62,806 nt of DNA from Planctomycetota bacterium (GTDB lineage: Bacteria; Planctomycetota; Phycisphaerae; SM23-33), in assembly GCA_012729725.1 (NCBI GenBank), contig JAAYCO010000229.1, positions 1-62,806 on the forward strand, in the 5' to 3' direction. Under the pieces are notes generated by a model, which worked only from the letters and a program-made list of their open reading frames with translations, searched no databases and was not told the DNA's origin. Below are positions 26,695 through 36,470 of the stretch, piece after piece (position 1 is the stretch's first letter; each line of letters starts with the position of its first letter). A program made the position numbers and the translations under genes.

Positions 26695-27861
26695 ATGAAC
26701 AATGATCTAGGCACAACCAAGCCCAACAAGTACCTTGCTGATAGCGGGGTCGAAACGCTGGTTCGGGAGATCGGGGAGGCGGTTCGCTGCAAGGCCCTTA
26801 ATCCTGGTGAGCGCCTTATGCCTATTCGAGATCTTGCCAGAAAATATCAGGTTTCGTTCAACTCTGCCAGGGCGGCGACGAAAAGACTCGAAGCCTTGGG
26901 GTTGGTCGAATGCAAACAGGGAAGCGGCACGTATGTCCGCACACCACCTGAGGTTACGGTTGAGCGTAAGGCACGAACCGCTGTTAGCCTGCTTCTGGAC
27001 ATCAACGCTCACATTTTCAGTCATCTGGCCCTCCATTTGATGGAGCAGATTCAAAGCCAGGGTCTTACGGTAACGAACGCCATTTGGACTACTGATAAAG
27101 GACTCAAGGGGCTCCAGATGGCTCTTTCCTCCTGGGAGGATTATCCACCCAAAGCCATAGTCGTGCAGTGGGATTATCCGGGTCTTGACCAGACGATTGA
27201 GAAGATGCGCCCGGCCGATGCCATGGTCATCGCCACTTTCAGGGGCACACGTTTCATGCCCAGAACGTGGCACAGCGTCAATCCGGACTGGTATCTGGCG
27301 CACAAGATCGCGGCCGAGCGCTTGATCAAGGTGGGCCACAAGAGAATCGGGTTCCTCGGGCACGAAAGGCGATTCTGGGCCGACAGGATCTGGTACGACA
27401 ACAAGAAGGCCTGGATGCTTCAGACTGACAATATCAAGGCTGTTGGGGATGCGCTTCGCGAAGCCGAAATCAGGGATGGCCTTACCATCTGCTACCTGCA
27501 GTATAACAAGATAACCTGCAATACGGTCTCCACGGTTGAGATGGACTGTGCTGACAACCTGTCTCGAATTCGCGCGATGCTCGAACGGCCCGACAGACCG
27601 ACCGCACTGGTCGGTTCTGATTACCGTCTTGTCATAGCCAAGCGGGTGGCGGAAAGCATGGGGCTTTCGGTCCCGGATGATCTGGCACTTGTGGGCATTG
27701 GGCATACCCCCTGGTCGCAAATAAGCGGATTTCCCAGCGTGCAACAACAGGAAGAGCTTGCGGCCGAGCATATTGCGGAGCTCGTAAAAGCATCCGCGAG
27801 CAGTCTTTCGGCACGTCACCATGTCGTCATTCCGCCGGTTCTGGGGGCTGCTCAGGATTAG
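26695..27861 (+). CDS. GntR-type HTH regulator fused to a LacI/PBP1-type sugar-binding domain
   Basis: 'LMPIRDLARKYQVSFNSARAATKRLEALGLVECKQGSGTYV' is a GntR winged helix. It is followed by a ~300-aa periplasmic-binding-protein-like effector domain ('HKRIGFLGH', 'PTALVGSDYRLV'). Confidence 0.8.
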   Translation: MNNDLGTTKPNKYLADSGVETLVREIGEAVRCKALNPGERLMPIRDLARKYQVSFNSARAATKRLEALGLVECKQGSGTYVRTPPEVTVERKARTAVSLLLDINAHIFSHLALHLMEQIQSQGLTVTNAIWTTDKGLKGLQMALSSWEDYPPKAIVVQWDYPGLDQTIEKMRPADAMVIATFRGTRFMPRTWHSVNPDWYLAHKIAAERLIKVGHKRIGFLGHERRFWADRIWYDNKKAWMLQTDNIKAVGDALREAEIRDGLTICYLQYNKITCNTVSTVEMDCADNLSRIRAMLERPDRPTALVGSDYRLVIAKRVAESMGLSVPDDLALVGIGHTPWSQISGFPSVQQQEELAAEHIAELVKASASSLSARHHVVIPPVLGAAQD

Positions 27862-27943
27862 AACTCTGGCTGACCTGGAGGGGGAACACATAACTCATCA
27901 CCGTCTTGCAGGCAGAATCACGAGCCTGGCTTAGTGGTTCGTG

Positions 27944-28603
27944 TCATTCAATTGGCCCGTTTATCGACACACCGGGGTGCGGGTGGATATCCAGCATGTC
28001 ATACGTGTCGTGGGTCTGAACATGGCCATCGAGGTACACGGCATTGAACCGATCATTGTGGCGCATCGCCACACGTTGCTCCAGGTCAGGCGTGAGGAAG
28101 AAGCTGTTTACGATGCCGTAGAATCTACCATCCATCATGAACGGCGTTTGGGCCGGATATGGAAATGTATTGTAACTTCCAAGGTTCCAGTACTTGCCCG
28201 CGGAGTAGAACGCCATGTTGTTGACGGAATAACCGACTCTCGCATCGGGGTAATTCCACAGGGTGATGAATACTCCGTGGGACATCCATGTTCCTGCTGA
28301 CCAAGTATCGGTGCCATCCTGCGTCTGCGATGCGCACTGCGAAGACTTCACGTCTTCCAAAAGGCCGGCTGTATTCATTACGGCAACCCAGTTGAGATTG
28401 CCTTGATACATTCTGTCCTTGTGCTCCTCCCTGTAGAACTGCAATGCCACGCCATTTGATCGCAGAGTATTCTGGCAAAGCATGCCCCGGGCCAATTCCT
28501 TGGCCTGGTTCAACGACGGAATCAGGATCGAGACCAATAGCGCGATGATGGCAACAACCACCAGCAGCTCAATCAGCGTAAAACCGCACCGGGGATGCTT
28601 CAT
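27944..28603 (-). CDS. Prepilin-type N-terminal cleavage/methylation domain protein with H-X9-DG motif (DUF1559 family)
   Basis: 'GFTLIELLVVVAIIALLVSILIPSL' is the class III signal. The C-terminal 'HNDRFNAVYLDGH' matches H-X9-DG. GGAGAAGG SD. Confidence 0.9.
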   Translation of the reverse strand: MKHPRCGFTLIELLVVVAIIALLVSILIPSLNQAKELARGMLCQNTLRSNGVALQFYREEHKDRMYQGNLNWVAVMNTAGLLEDVKSSQCASQTQDGTDTWSAGTWMSHGVFITLWNYPDARVGYSVNNMAFYSAGKYWNLGSYNTFPYPAQTPFMMDGRFYGIVNSFFLTPDLEQRVAMRHNDRFNAVYLDGHVQTHDTYDMLDIHPHPGVSINGPIE

Positions 28604-28666
28604 TAGGTTACCTTCTCCATCAAAGCACTTCCTTGATACAGTGGGAAGAATTTGACAAAACTTGAG

Positions 28667-29446
28667 TTAATTCATGCGGCTATTTTGACGCAGCCAAAAC
28701 ATGGTACCAATCGCCATCAGCGCCATTGTCCCAGGTTCGGGAACAGCATCAACCTCAATGTTGTCCCAGAGAGTGTACGGTCTTTCTGTTCCATTGATGG
28801 CGCCGCGATAGAGCCACAGCGTCTCTAGCGAGACAGCATTAGGATCGATCGCCACACCAGAAGCGCCTTCATAAACAACTCCATTAAGCGCCACAGCATA
28901 CGTGTGGTTGGCGAAATCCATCGTGATCGTCATCGTGTTCCACGTGTCGTTATTCCAGGCATCGGACGGGAGGTTGACGTACGTGTCTACCAGTGTCCCG
29001 TTTTCATACCGCTTGAGAAGCAGCTTCTTTGAGGTGTCATTGCCCCAGTAGTAGAGTAGTGCATCCGCACGACCGACGAACTGGCCTTCCAGATTACGAC
29101 TACCAAAGAGGGTGACTGAGGCTGCCGAAGCGTACTTGTTGGTCGTCCCGGTGAATGACGCCGGGATGAACGCAACGCTGAAGCTGACCTGTGATCCAAA
29201 ATCATAATCAATAAAAGTGTGCGTGGCCACATTGCTACGGTCTGTAGTCTTCAGTGCCCACTCACCTTCATAGGCATTATCTGCTACAATGGAGTTATAC
29301 GTCTTCGTGCCGGCCCAACTCTTCTGGCCGCTCACGTCACCCAGTGTATAGCCTTCATCTGCTTCAAAACTTGTGCTGAACACAGCGGCGGACGAGGAGG
29401 ACACAGCCAAAACCAGTAACAGCATTCCAAGCGATATGGCTTTCAT
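28667..29446 (-). CDS. PEP-CTERM sorting-domain protein with a LamG/lectin-like beta-sandwich body
   Basis: Signal peptide 'MKAISLGMLLLVLAVSSSSA'. The C-terminal 'VPEPGTMALMAIGTMFWLRQNSR' is PEP plus a TM helix plus a basic tail. Confidence 0.85.
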   Translation of the reverse strand: MKAISLGMLLLVLAVSSSSAAVFSTSFEADEGYTLGDVSGQKSWAGTKTYNSIVADNAYEGEWALKTTDRSNVATHTFIDYDFGSQVSFSVAFIPASFTGTTNKYASAASVTLFGSRNLEGQFVGRADALLYYWGNDTSKKLLLKRYENGTLVDTYVNLPSDAWNNDTWNTMTITMDFANHTYAVALNGVVYEGASGVAIDPNAVSLETLWLYRGAINGTERPYTLWDNIEVDAVPEPGTMALMAIGTMFWLRQNSRMN

Positions 29447-29906
29447 CTGATTTCTCCTTTTCGAATAGGCATCTTTCGCTCTGACAATTGAAACATTTTC
29501 TTCATGGTGTAACAGCCCGTCTGGTATATGCTATCAATGGTAGCACACTTTGCATTTTTGTCAAGATTCATTCACACAAAAATTATTCACTGCAATATGC
29601 GAACCTCTGAAGCCCCGCGAATCACAGGCTTTCTGTTTCACACGAACTTGATTCACTTGGCGTACCCCAGGGCGGTGGGCACCACGCAAAACATGGCAGC
29701 AATCCCAATGACGAGTTCTGGGAACGATCCGGGCTATGTTCTCCCTCTGTTGCCGGATAGTCGCCATAGCGAAAAATCTGCCTATTGGCTGGCCGCCATT
29801 TGGCGTCGCCTATCGGTTTTGTTAACCCATGCTGTTGCCGTGACTTGTAGTTTTTAAGATGACGCCAATTAGCGACAGTCTGCCGGTTGACCGGCCTGCA
29901 TCTTAA

Positions 29907-31478
29907 TCAATACAGCGTGGCTTCCTCCGGCGGAATCGCCCCGGGGGCGGATATGCCAAGCCGCTCCAGGAGCGATCCGTCCAGGCGGTAGAGCTCCACC
30001 AGTGAGTTCAGATATCCCACTATCGCCTGCGCGTGAGCTATCTGACTTGCAAGAAGATCGCGCTGCGCCTGACCAACCAAAAAGCTCGTGCTCCTGCCGA
30101 CGGCGTATTTGGCGACCTCCGCGCGATAGACCTCTTCCTGAAGACCCTGGGTGGCTGCGGTAGCGACAACCTGTTCGCCAAGCCGCTGCACTTCTATGTA
30201 CGCCTCCCTGACATCCACCTGAACAAGCTGACGAAGATTATCCAGGCTCTCCTGGGCTTGCCGACGCGTTAACTGGGAACGATCGTGCTCTGCCCTGGCC
30301 GAACGATTAAGCGGGGGAAACTCCATCCGCACCCCCGCCAGCACATCGTAAGACGGCTCTGCGAATAGATCGCCTGCGCTTGAGCCGAAACTGGCTGCGT
30401 ATCCGCTCTTGCCCAGCGTGGCGAAGAGATCCAGGCGAGGAAGCAAGCCATTGCGGGTGCGAACGATCTCGAGTTCGCTGCGATTGATCAGCAGCTTCGC
30501 CTGGTTGATCTCCGGCCGGATTCGCAGGGCAAGACGCACGTGAGCCTCAACATCGTCCAGTTGCGCGCGCGGCGGGATTGGCAAGTCTTTGGGAACGATA
30601 ACCCTGTCCCATGTGTCGCCCGGCGGATTCACCAGTCGAAGCAGCCTCACCCGCAATGTGGCAAGGATGCTTCGGGCATTGATCAGACTTTCCCTTCGGC
30701 GGGCGACTTCCGCCTGGGCGGCCGCTTCTTCGGTCTCCGGCAGGCGGCCGATGCGTATCCGCTCCTGCGTGTCGCGAAGCTGCTGTTCTGCAAGCTCCAG
30801 CGACTTCTCGAAAATCTCGATCTGCTGTTGCGCCAGGGTGTAGTTCCAGTAAACAACCTGCACTTGGCCAACCAGGGCCAGCACAAAACCTCGCAGCTCA
30901 TACTGGCTGATTAGCGTGTCCAGACGCGCCTGACGCAGCGGGACAAGGTTGACGTCCTCTCCAGCCCCTCTAAGCAGCGCCTGTGACATGGAAAGGCCCA
31001 GCCTTGTCGCGTATCGATCATTAACGCCGGCCGGGCTTTCACGCTGGGTTATCGCGTCTGCTCCGATTGTCGTGCCGGTTGGTAGAAAGATCGACGCGCC
31101 GCCGTCAAGTTGCAGACCTCGTTCGGTTCTGTCATTGATGTTGTCGCCCGAAATCCGCTCGTGATCATAGGCCGCGGAGGCGGAAACCACAGGGTCAAAG
31201 ACAGCGGCCAATTGCCGCTCAAAGGTGCGCCGTATCGCCGGCGTGACAGTCTCGACGGCGAGCGACTGATTATAGAACAATGCAGCGCGAACAGCTTCCT
31301 CCACGCCCAGGTTCAGCGGCCCGGTCGGCGGCAACAGGTCCGACGGGGTTGAGGCCGATTCGGATTCATCCTGCCAAGGCGCTGCCGTCTGAGGCCCGAC
31401 GTAATCAGAAAACGGCTCGGGGCCGACGTAGGAGCAAGATGCACTGATCAGCATTAGTAGATACGGCAGTCGCTTCAC
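29907..31478 (-). CDS. TolC-family outer membrane efflux protein
   Basis: Lipoprotein-like N-terminus 'LLMLISASCS' and two coiled-coil/beta repeats. It lies immediately downstream of the RND pump genes. Confidence 0.85.
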   Translation of the reverse strand: MKRLPYLLMLISASCSYVGPEPFSDYVGPQTAAPWQDESESASTPSDLLPPTGPLNLGVEEAVRAALFYNQSLAVETVTPAIRRTFERQLAAVFDPVVSASAAYDHERISGDNINDRTERGLQLDGGASIFLPTGTTIGADAITQRESPAGVNDRYATRLGLSMSQALLRGAGEDVNLVPLRQARLDTLISQYELRGFVLALVGQVQVVYWNYTLAQQQIEIFEKSLELAEQQLRDTQERIRIGRLPETEEAAAQAEVARRRESLINARSILATLRVRLLRLVNPPGDTWDRVIVPKDLPIPPRAQLDDVEAHVRLALRIRPEINQAKLLINRSELEIVRTRNGLLPRLDLFATLGKSGYAASFGSSAGDLFAEPSYDVLAGVRMEFPPLNRSARAEHDRSQLTRRQAQESLDNLRQLVQVDVREAYIEVQRLGEQVVATAATQGLQEEVYRAEVAKYAVGRSTSFLVGQAQRDLLASQIAHAQAIVGYLNSLVELYRLDGSLLERLGISAPGAIPPEEATLY

Positions 31479-31497
31479 GATTCTTCCTTCATAGACC

Positions 31498-34400
31498 TCA
31501 AGATGCGGTGTGGCCGGGCTTCTTGAATTCCAGCAGCGAGTACACTACAGGCACGACCAGCAGGGTTATCAGCGAAGAGCTTGCCAATCCGCCAATTACA
31601 GCGCGGGCCAGAGGCGCCTGGGCCTCGCCGCCTTCGCCTGCGCCCAGGGCCAGCGGCAAAAGCCCCAGCACCGTGGTGAATGTGGTCATGAGAATTGGCC
31701 TGAGCCGCCGCCTGCCTGCTTCTTCAATCGCGGGCCTCAGCGCAAGCCCGTCGCGCTTGCGAAGAAGGTTTGTGTGATCAACAAGCAGAATGGCGTTGTT
31801 CACCACGATGCCGCCAAGCATGATGCATCCGATGTATGACTGAACGTTGAACGTGGTGTCTGTCAGCAACAGTATCAGCACAACACCAATTGCCGCCAGC
31901 GGAACCGAGAACATCACGACCAGCGGATCTCGCAGAGACTCGAACTGGCACGCCATGACCATGTAAACGAGTATCAGCGCCAGGCCCAGACTCATAGCCA
32001 GTTCCTGGAATGATTTTTCCTGCTCTTCGACGTCCGATCCGAAATTGACGCTGAATTCCGCCGGCATGGGAAGCACGGCCAGGGCCGCCCGGATGTCGGC
32101 TACGATAGAACCCATGTCCCTGTCCGCCGTGCCGGCCGAGACCGTTACGATCCGCTGCTGGTTCTTTCTCTCAATCAGCACAGGCCCTTCCCTTGGCTCG
32201 GTTGCGACTATGTTTCTCAGCGCAATGGCCTGGCCCTGATCGTTGGTCACGGTGAGATCCAGCACCTCCTGAAGCGAGAGTTTCTCGGCGCTGCGCAGTT
32301 TGACAAGTATGCCGTATTCCTCGCCGTTTTGCCTGAAGTAACCGCCGGTAGTGCCTCCTAGAGCTGTTTGAAGGGTTTGCGCAACTCGCTCGATATCAAG
32401 CCCGCTGTCCTCTGCCTTGTGACGGTCTATAAGGATCAGTTCTTCGGGAGAGCCGCCTTCCCTGCTGATGCGAACATCCGTGACGCCCGCGACGGCGGAA
32501 ACGATTTGCTGCACTTGGAGTGCGAGTGCGTCGGCAGTTTGGAAGTCGTAGCCGCGAATCTCCAGGCTAAGGCGTTCAGAACCGCCACCGCCCCGGCTGA
32601 GTATTCTTGAGACCAGCCCCTGGCCGCTCCGGACCCTCAGGGCAACGCCCGGCACAACCCCCAGCCGACGCCGAAGATCGGCGGAAATCTCGTCGCTCGA
32701 CAGCTTGCGCCCAGAACGCGGCGGCAGCTTTATTCGCATGTCGCATGAATGCGTGCCGCCGCTACGCCACATGTTGCCGCCAATACTTGAAATAAGCGAT
32801 AGCCGCTCCGGAACCGCCTGCTTGATTATCTCTTCTATGCGGATCACCGTTTTCTCAAGCACCTCAAGCCGGGTTCCAACCTCCATCTCAAAGGACACAA
32901 ATATTTCCCCCTCGTCGGTCTGGGGCATCAGTTCGCTGCCGACCAGCGGCACCATCCAGATCGCTCCCCCAAGCATTGCACATGCCAAAAGCACTACCGC
33001 CAGGCGGTGATTGAGCGCCAGGTGAAGCAGAGACTTGTAGCCGTCTTCGAGCGAGACAAACACATTGTCGGCTGCTTCCTTGAGCCGCTTGGTGACGCCG
33101 CCTCGTGAAGCAGTTTTGGCGGCGCCAAGCAGCCTTGCCGACAGCATCGGCACAAGAGTCAGCGCGACAACCAGTGAACACAGAAGCGCAAAGCCGATTA
33201 CGGCAGCAAGCTGGCGAAACATCACGCCGCTCATGCCGCGAATGAACACAATCGGCAGAAAAACGGCAACGGTGGTAAGCGTTGACGCGATGATGCCGCC
33301 GGTCACCTCGCGAGTGCCATTAATCGCGGCATCGCGATTTGAAAGCCCGTCGTGCCGAACGCGGAATATGTTCTCCAGCACCACGATAGAGTTGTCGACC
33401 AGCATGCCCACGCCAAGCGCCAGGCCGCCCAGAGTCATGATGTTCAGGGTGAAGTCCCCAAAGTACATCAAGGCGAAGGTCGCGACGATGGATATGGGAA
33501 TGGCCGTGGCGATCACCAGCGTGCTGCCGATGTTTCGCAGGAACACTATCAGAACCAGCACGGAAAGCACGCCGCCATAAAGAGCGGACGATCCGACGTT
33601 TGATATTGATTGCTGTATATATTCGCTGGAATCGTTAAGCGAAATAATCTTCAACTGCGGCATGTCCCGGTTGATTCGCTCCACTTCGGCCCGCACCGCG
33701 CCGGCGACCTGCACCGTGTTCGTGCCGCTTTGCTTGTTGACGGCGATGCGCATGCCGCTCTGGCCGTTGATTCTCGCCGTGCGCCGGATCTTCTTCCATG
33801 AATCAGCTATGTCGGCAACTTCCTTGAGCCTCACGGGCAGGCCCGAGCGATAGGCGACAACAGTCTGACCGATCTGATCGAGGTTTTCATACTGGCCCGG
33901 CACGCGAAGCGTCAGTTCATGCCTCGCCTGATCGATGGAGCCTGCCGGCAGCGTGATGTTCGCCGCCTTGAGCCTGTTGATGATCTGCGCAAGAGGGATA
34001 TTAACGGCCTTGAGCCTGTCGGCGTCGATGTTGACGTGAACTTCCCGCTCCAGGCCGCCCCAGATGTCGATACTTGCAACACCCTCCTGCTGTTCAAGCC
34101 GGTAACGCACCTGGTTTTCCAGGATTTCGCGCACCTCAACCGGATCGAGATCGCTCGAAGCGCCAAGCATCAGGATCGGAAACGCAGAGAGATCGAATTT
34201 GCGGATCAAGGGCAGATCCGCCTCTTCGGGCAGCTGCCGGGCAACCCTGTCGAGACGATCTCGCACATCAGCAGTTGCGCCGTCAAGGTCTGTGCCCCAT
34301 GCGAATGTGACTCTCACATTGGAGGAACCTTCTGACGAAGTGGAGGTTATTTCCTCCACTCCCGGCGCGCCGCTTAGCGCTTGCTCAAGTGGGCGCGTTA

Positions 34401-34587
34401 CGAGTTCCTCCATTTCCTGCGGGCTTGCGTTCTCGTACGAGACGCTGACGCTCACCGTCGGCAGCGTCACTTCCGGCATGAGGTCTATCGGCAGGCGCCA
34501 TAGCGAAATGCCGCCCAGCAGCACGACCACCAGCGAAAGCATGATGGTGAACACCGGCCTGCCGACGGAGAACTCTGTAATTCTCAT
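31498..34587 (-). CDS. RND efflux transporter permease (AcrB/HAE1 family)
   Basis: 1029 aa with a 12-TM architecture. 'FSVGRPVFTIMLSLVVVLLG' and 'MTTFTTVLGLLPLAL' are present. Confidence 0.95.
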   Translation of the reverse strand: MRITEFSVGRPVFTIMLSLVVVLLGGISLWRLPIDLMPEVTLPTVSVSVSYENASPQEMEELVTRPLEQALSGAPGVEEITSTSSEGSSNVRVTFAWGTDLDGATADVRDRLDRVARQLPEEADLPLIRKFDLSAFPILMLGASSDLDPVEVREILENQVRYRLEQQEGVASIDIWGGLEREVHVNIDADRLKAVNIPLAQIINRLKAANITLPAGSIDQARHELTLRVPGQYENLDQIGQTVVAYRSGLPVRLKEVADIADSWKKIRRTARINGQSGMRIAVNKQSGTNTVQVAGAVRAEVERINRDMPQLKIISLNDSSEYIQQSISNVGSSALYGGVLSVLVLIVFLRNIGSTLVIATAIPISIVATFALMYFGDFTLNIMTLGGLALGVGMLVDNSIVVLENIFRVRHDGLSNRDAAINGTREVTGGIIASTLTTVAVFLPIVFIRGMSGVMFRQLAAVIGFALLCSLVVALTLVPMLSARLLGAAKTASRGGVTKRLKEAADNVFVSLEDGYKSLLHLALNHRLAVVLLACAMLGGAIWMVPLVGSELMPQTDEGEIFVSFEMEVGTRLEVLEKTVIRIEEIIKQAVPERLSLISSIGGNMWRSGGTHSCDMRIKLPPRSGRKLSSDEISADLRRRLGVVPGVALRVRSGQGLVSRILSRGGGGSERLSLEIRGYDFQTADALALQVQQIVSAVAGVTDVRISREGGSPEELILIDRHKAEDSGLDIERVAQTLQTALGGTTGGYFRQNGEEYGILVKLRSAEKLSLQEVLDLTVTNDQGQAIALRNIVATEPREGPVLIERKNQQRIVTVSAGTADRDMGSIVADIRAALAVLPMPAEFSVNFGSDVEEQEKSFQELAMSLGLALILVYMVMACQFESLRDPLVVMFSVPLAAIGVVLILLLTDTTFNVQSYIGCIMLGGIVVNNAILLVDHTNLLRKRDGLALRPAIEEAGRRRLRPILMTTFTTVLGLLPLALGAGEGGEAQAPLARAVIGGLASSSLITLLVVPVVYSLLEFKKPGHTAS

Positions 34588-35768
34588 TTGCCGCTCTCCG
34601 GCACAGGCCCAGGAGCGTTCACAATGCGAACCGGCGATCCGTCATTTACAATATGCTGCCCCAGGGTTACGACAAACCCGCTTATGTCCAGCGGCTTGAG
34701 TATTTCCACCCTGCCATCCTGAACGATGCCTGGCATCACAGGAATGAAGCGAGCCACTTTTTCGGCGGTGTTAACGACAAACACGCCGGTCCCGCCCTGG
34801 CGTTTGGCAAGCGCCACCTGCGGAACCGTCAGCACATCGCTGCGGCGGGCATAGGTAATGAAGGCCCGCACAAACAGCCCTGGCTTCAGCGCGTTATCAT
34901 CATTGGGAACTTCAACTTCCACCCGAACCTGCCGTGAGGCCGTCTGAACCACCGGGGCAATCCGCCGCACCTTGCCCTGAAAGACCCTCCCCGGGACCGC
35001 GTCGGTGACAATGTCCACCACCTGCCCAATCTCCACCGACGCGAAATCGCGCTCGGGCACATGCAGAACCGCCCTGAGACTGCTGATGTCTACGACGGAA
35101 AGAATCGGGTCGTTTGCTCGCAGCATGGCGCCCACATCCACATATCGTTCGCCAACAACCCTCTGGCGACCGTTGTCAGGCCAGCTTGCAACGATGCGAG
35201 AGTAAGACAGCCTCACCTTGGCGGCGCCAAGCATCGCCTCTTTTTGCTGAACAGCCGCCTGCGCCAGCCTGACCTTGGCCTGGCCCACCTTGAACCGGGC
35301 TTCGGCGCCGTCCAGGTCGCTCTGCGAAATGATCTTCTGCTCGCGCAGCGACCTGTCCCGCTGCAAATCCTGAGCGATTAATTCCTGTGAAGCCTGGCTT
35401 TCCTCAAGCTGGGCGTGAGCGACTTGCAGTTCCGCCTGCGCCTGCTGAACCTGCTGTTCATATTCAAGGCTGTCAAGCTGGGCGATGACGTCCCCTGTGT
35501 TCAGGGTGTCGCCGATGTCCACAGTCAGCTTTTCCAGCCGGCCCGCCACCTTCGGGGCGACTATGAAATAAGACTCAGCCTCGAGGGCGCCTGTGAACAT
35601 ACGCCTGTCAACCACGGCTTGCCGGGTAATCGGTCCGATTTCGACGGCCACCTGCGCCGTCTTGTTCGTCTGCGAGGGATTCTTGACCTGAGCGATCTTC
35701 GTGAAGATCGACCATCCAAGCATGGCAGCCAGTAATGCCCCGATGACTATCAGGATAACACGTTTCAC
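34584..35768 (-). CDS. RND efflux periplasmic adaptor (membrane fusion protein)
   Basis: N-terminal TM helix, a coiled-coil hairpin ('QQAQAELQVAHAQLEESQ') and lipoyl/beta-barrel segments. There are 4-nt overlaps on both sides. Confidence 0.9.
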   Translation of the reverse strand: MKRVILIVIGALLAAMLGWSIFTKIAQVKNPSQTNKTAQVAVEIGPITRQAVVDRRMFTGALEAESYFIVAPKVAGRLEKLTVDIGDTLNTGDVIAQLDSLEYEQQVQQAQAELQVAHAQLEESQASQELIAQDLQRDRSLREQKIISQSDLDGAEARFKVGQAKVRLAQAAVQQKEAMLGAAKVRLSYSRIVASWPDNGRQRVVGERYVDVGAMLRANDPILSVVDISSLRAVLHVPERDFASVEIGQVVDIVTDAVPGRVFQGKVRRIAPVVQTASRQVRVEVEVPNDDNALKPGLFVRAFITYARRSDVLTVPQVALAKRQGGTGVFVVNTAEKVARFIPVMPGIVQDGRVEILKPLDISGFVVTLGQHIVNDGSPVRIVNAPGPVPESGK

Positions 35769-36412
35769 GAAAACTCCTTGTCTGGCGCCGGCCCCGCCGC
35801 CCTTAAGAAAAACTCGATAACGAATTCAGTTCGTCGAAATGTCTCAGCCGCATCAGTAAGATCCCTGGCCGTTGTCCTCAACAGCCCAAGCAGCAGATTC
35901 GACAGCACATTCGAAGGCACATCCTTTCGAATCATGCCTTCGGCTGAGCCGGCGCTCAACACGTCGGCCAAAGCGGAGACTATGCTCTTTCTGTATTGCG
36001 ACCAGCCGGCGCAGAAAGCAGACCTCTTGTGGGAATTCTGACTCTGCATCATGTGAAGGATGAGCCTGCGGGACTTGAAAAAGCTACAGACGCTACGGCA
36101 CGCATCGAGTAGGCGCGACTCGAAGGGACGTTTCTCGCCGGCGTGCGACTTCAATTGGCTGACCAGTTCGTCGATTCCCCTCACTGCCGTTCGGATGAAC
36201 AAGTCGTCCTTGTCGCTGAAGTACCTGTAGATGGTTCCTTTGCCGACTCCCGCGCAGCGGCAGACGTCTTCCATTGTGATTTCGTGGAACCGCCCGCCCG
36301 CGAAGAGTCGCTCCGCGGCCTGCATGATCTGGATGGCTTTGGGGGATTCCTTCAGTTCGTTTCGCACTTTGGGCTCCCAAAGACTGTAGTAGAACTGACT
36401 GGTCAGTTCCAT
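35765..36412 (-). CDS. TetR/AcrR family transcriptional regulator
   Basis: 'FHEITMEDVCRCAGVGKGTIYRYFSDKDDLF' is the HTH. It is the first gene of the efflux operon. Confidence 0.85.
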   Translation of the reverse strand: MELTSQFYYSLWEPKVRNELKESPKAIQIMQAAERLFAGGRFHEITMEDVCRCAGVGKGTIYRYFSDKDDLFIRTAVRGIDELVSQLKSHAGEKRPFESRLLDACRSVCSFFKSRRLILHMMQSQNSHKRSAFCAGWSQYRKSIVSALADVLSAGSAEGMIRKDVPSNVLSNLLLGLLRTTARDLTDAAETFRRTEFVIEFFLRAAGPAPDKEFS

Positions 36413-36470
36413 GTCAAGTCCGGTTGCTTATTGTTATTGATTACCCGAAGCACGAAACTAGAATCCGGCC

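Noticed and set aside
29528-29857. A 109-aa ORF in the AT-rich gap.
   Set aside because: It has no SD, no motif, odd composition and no signal of coding periodicity by eye. I treat the region as non-coding.
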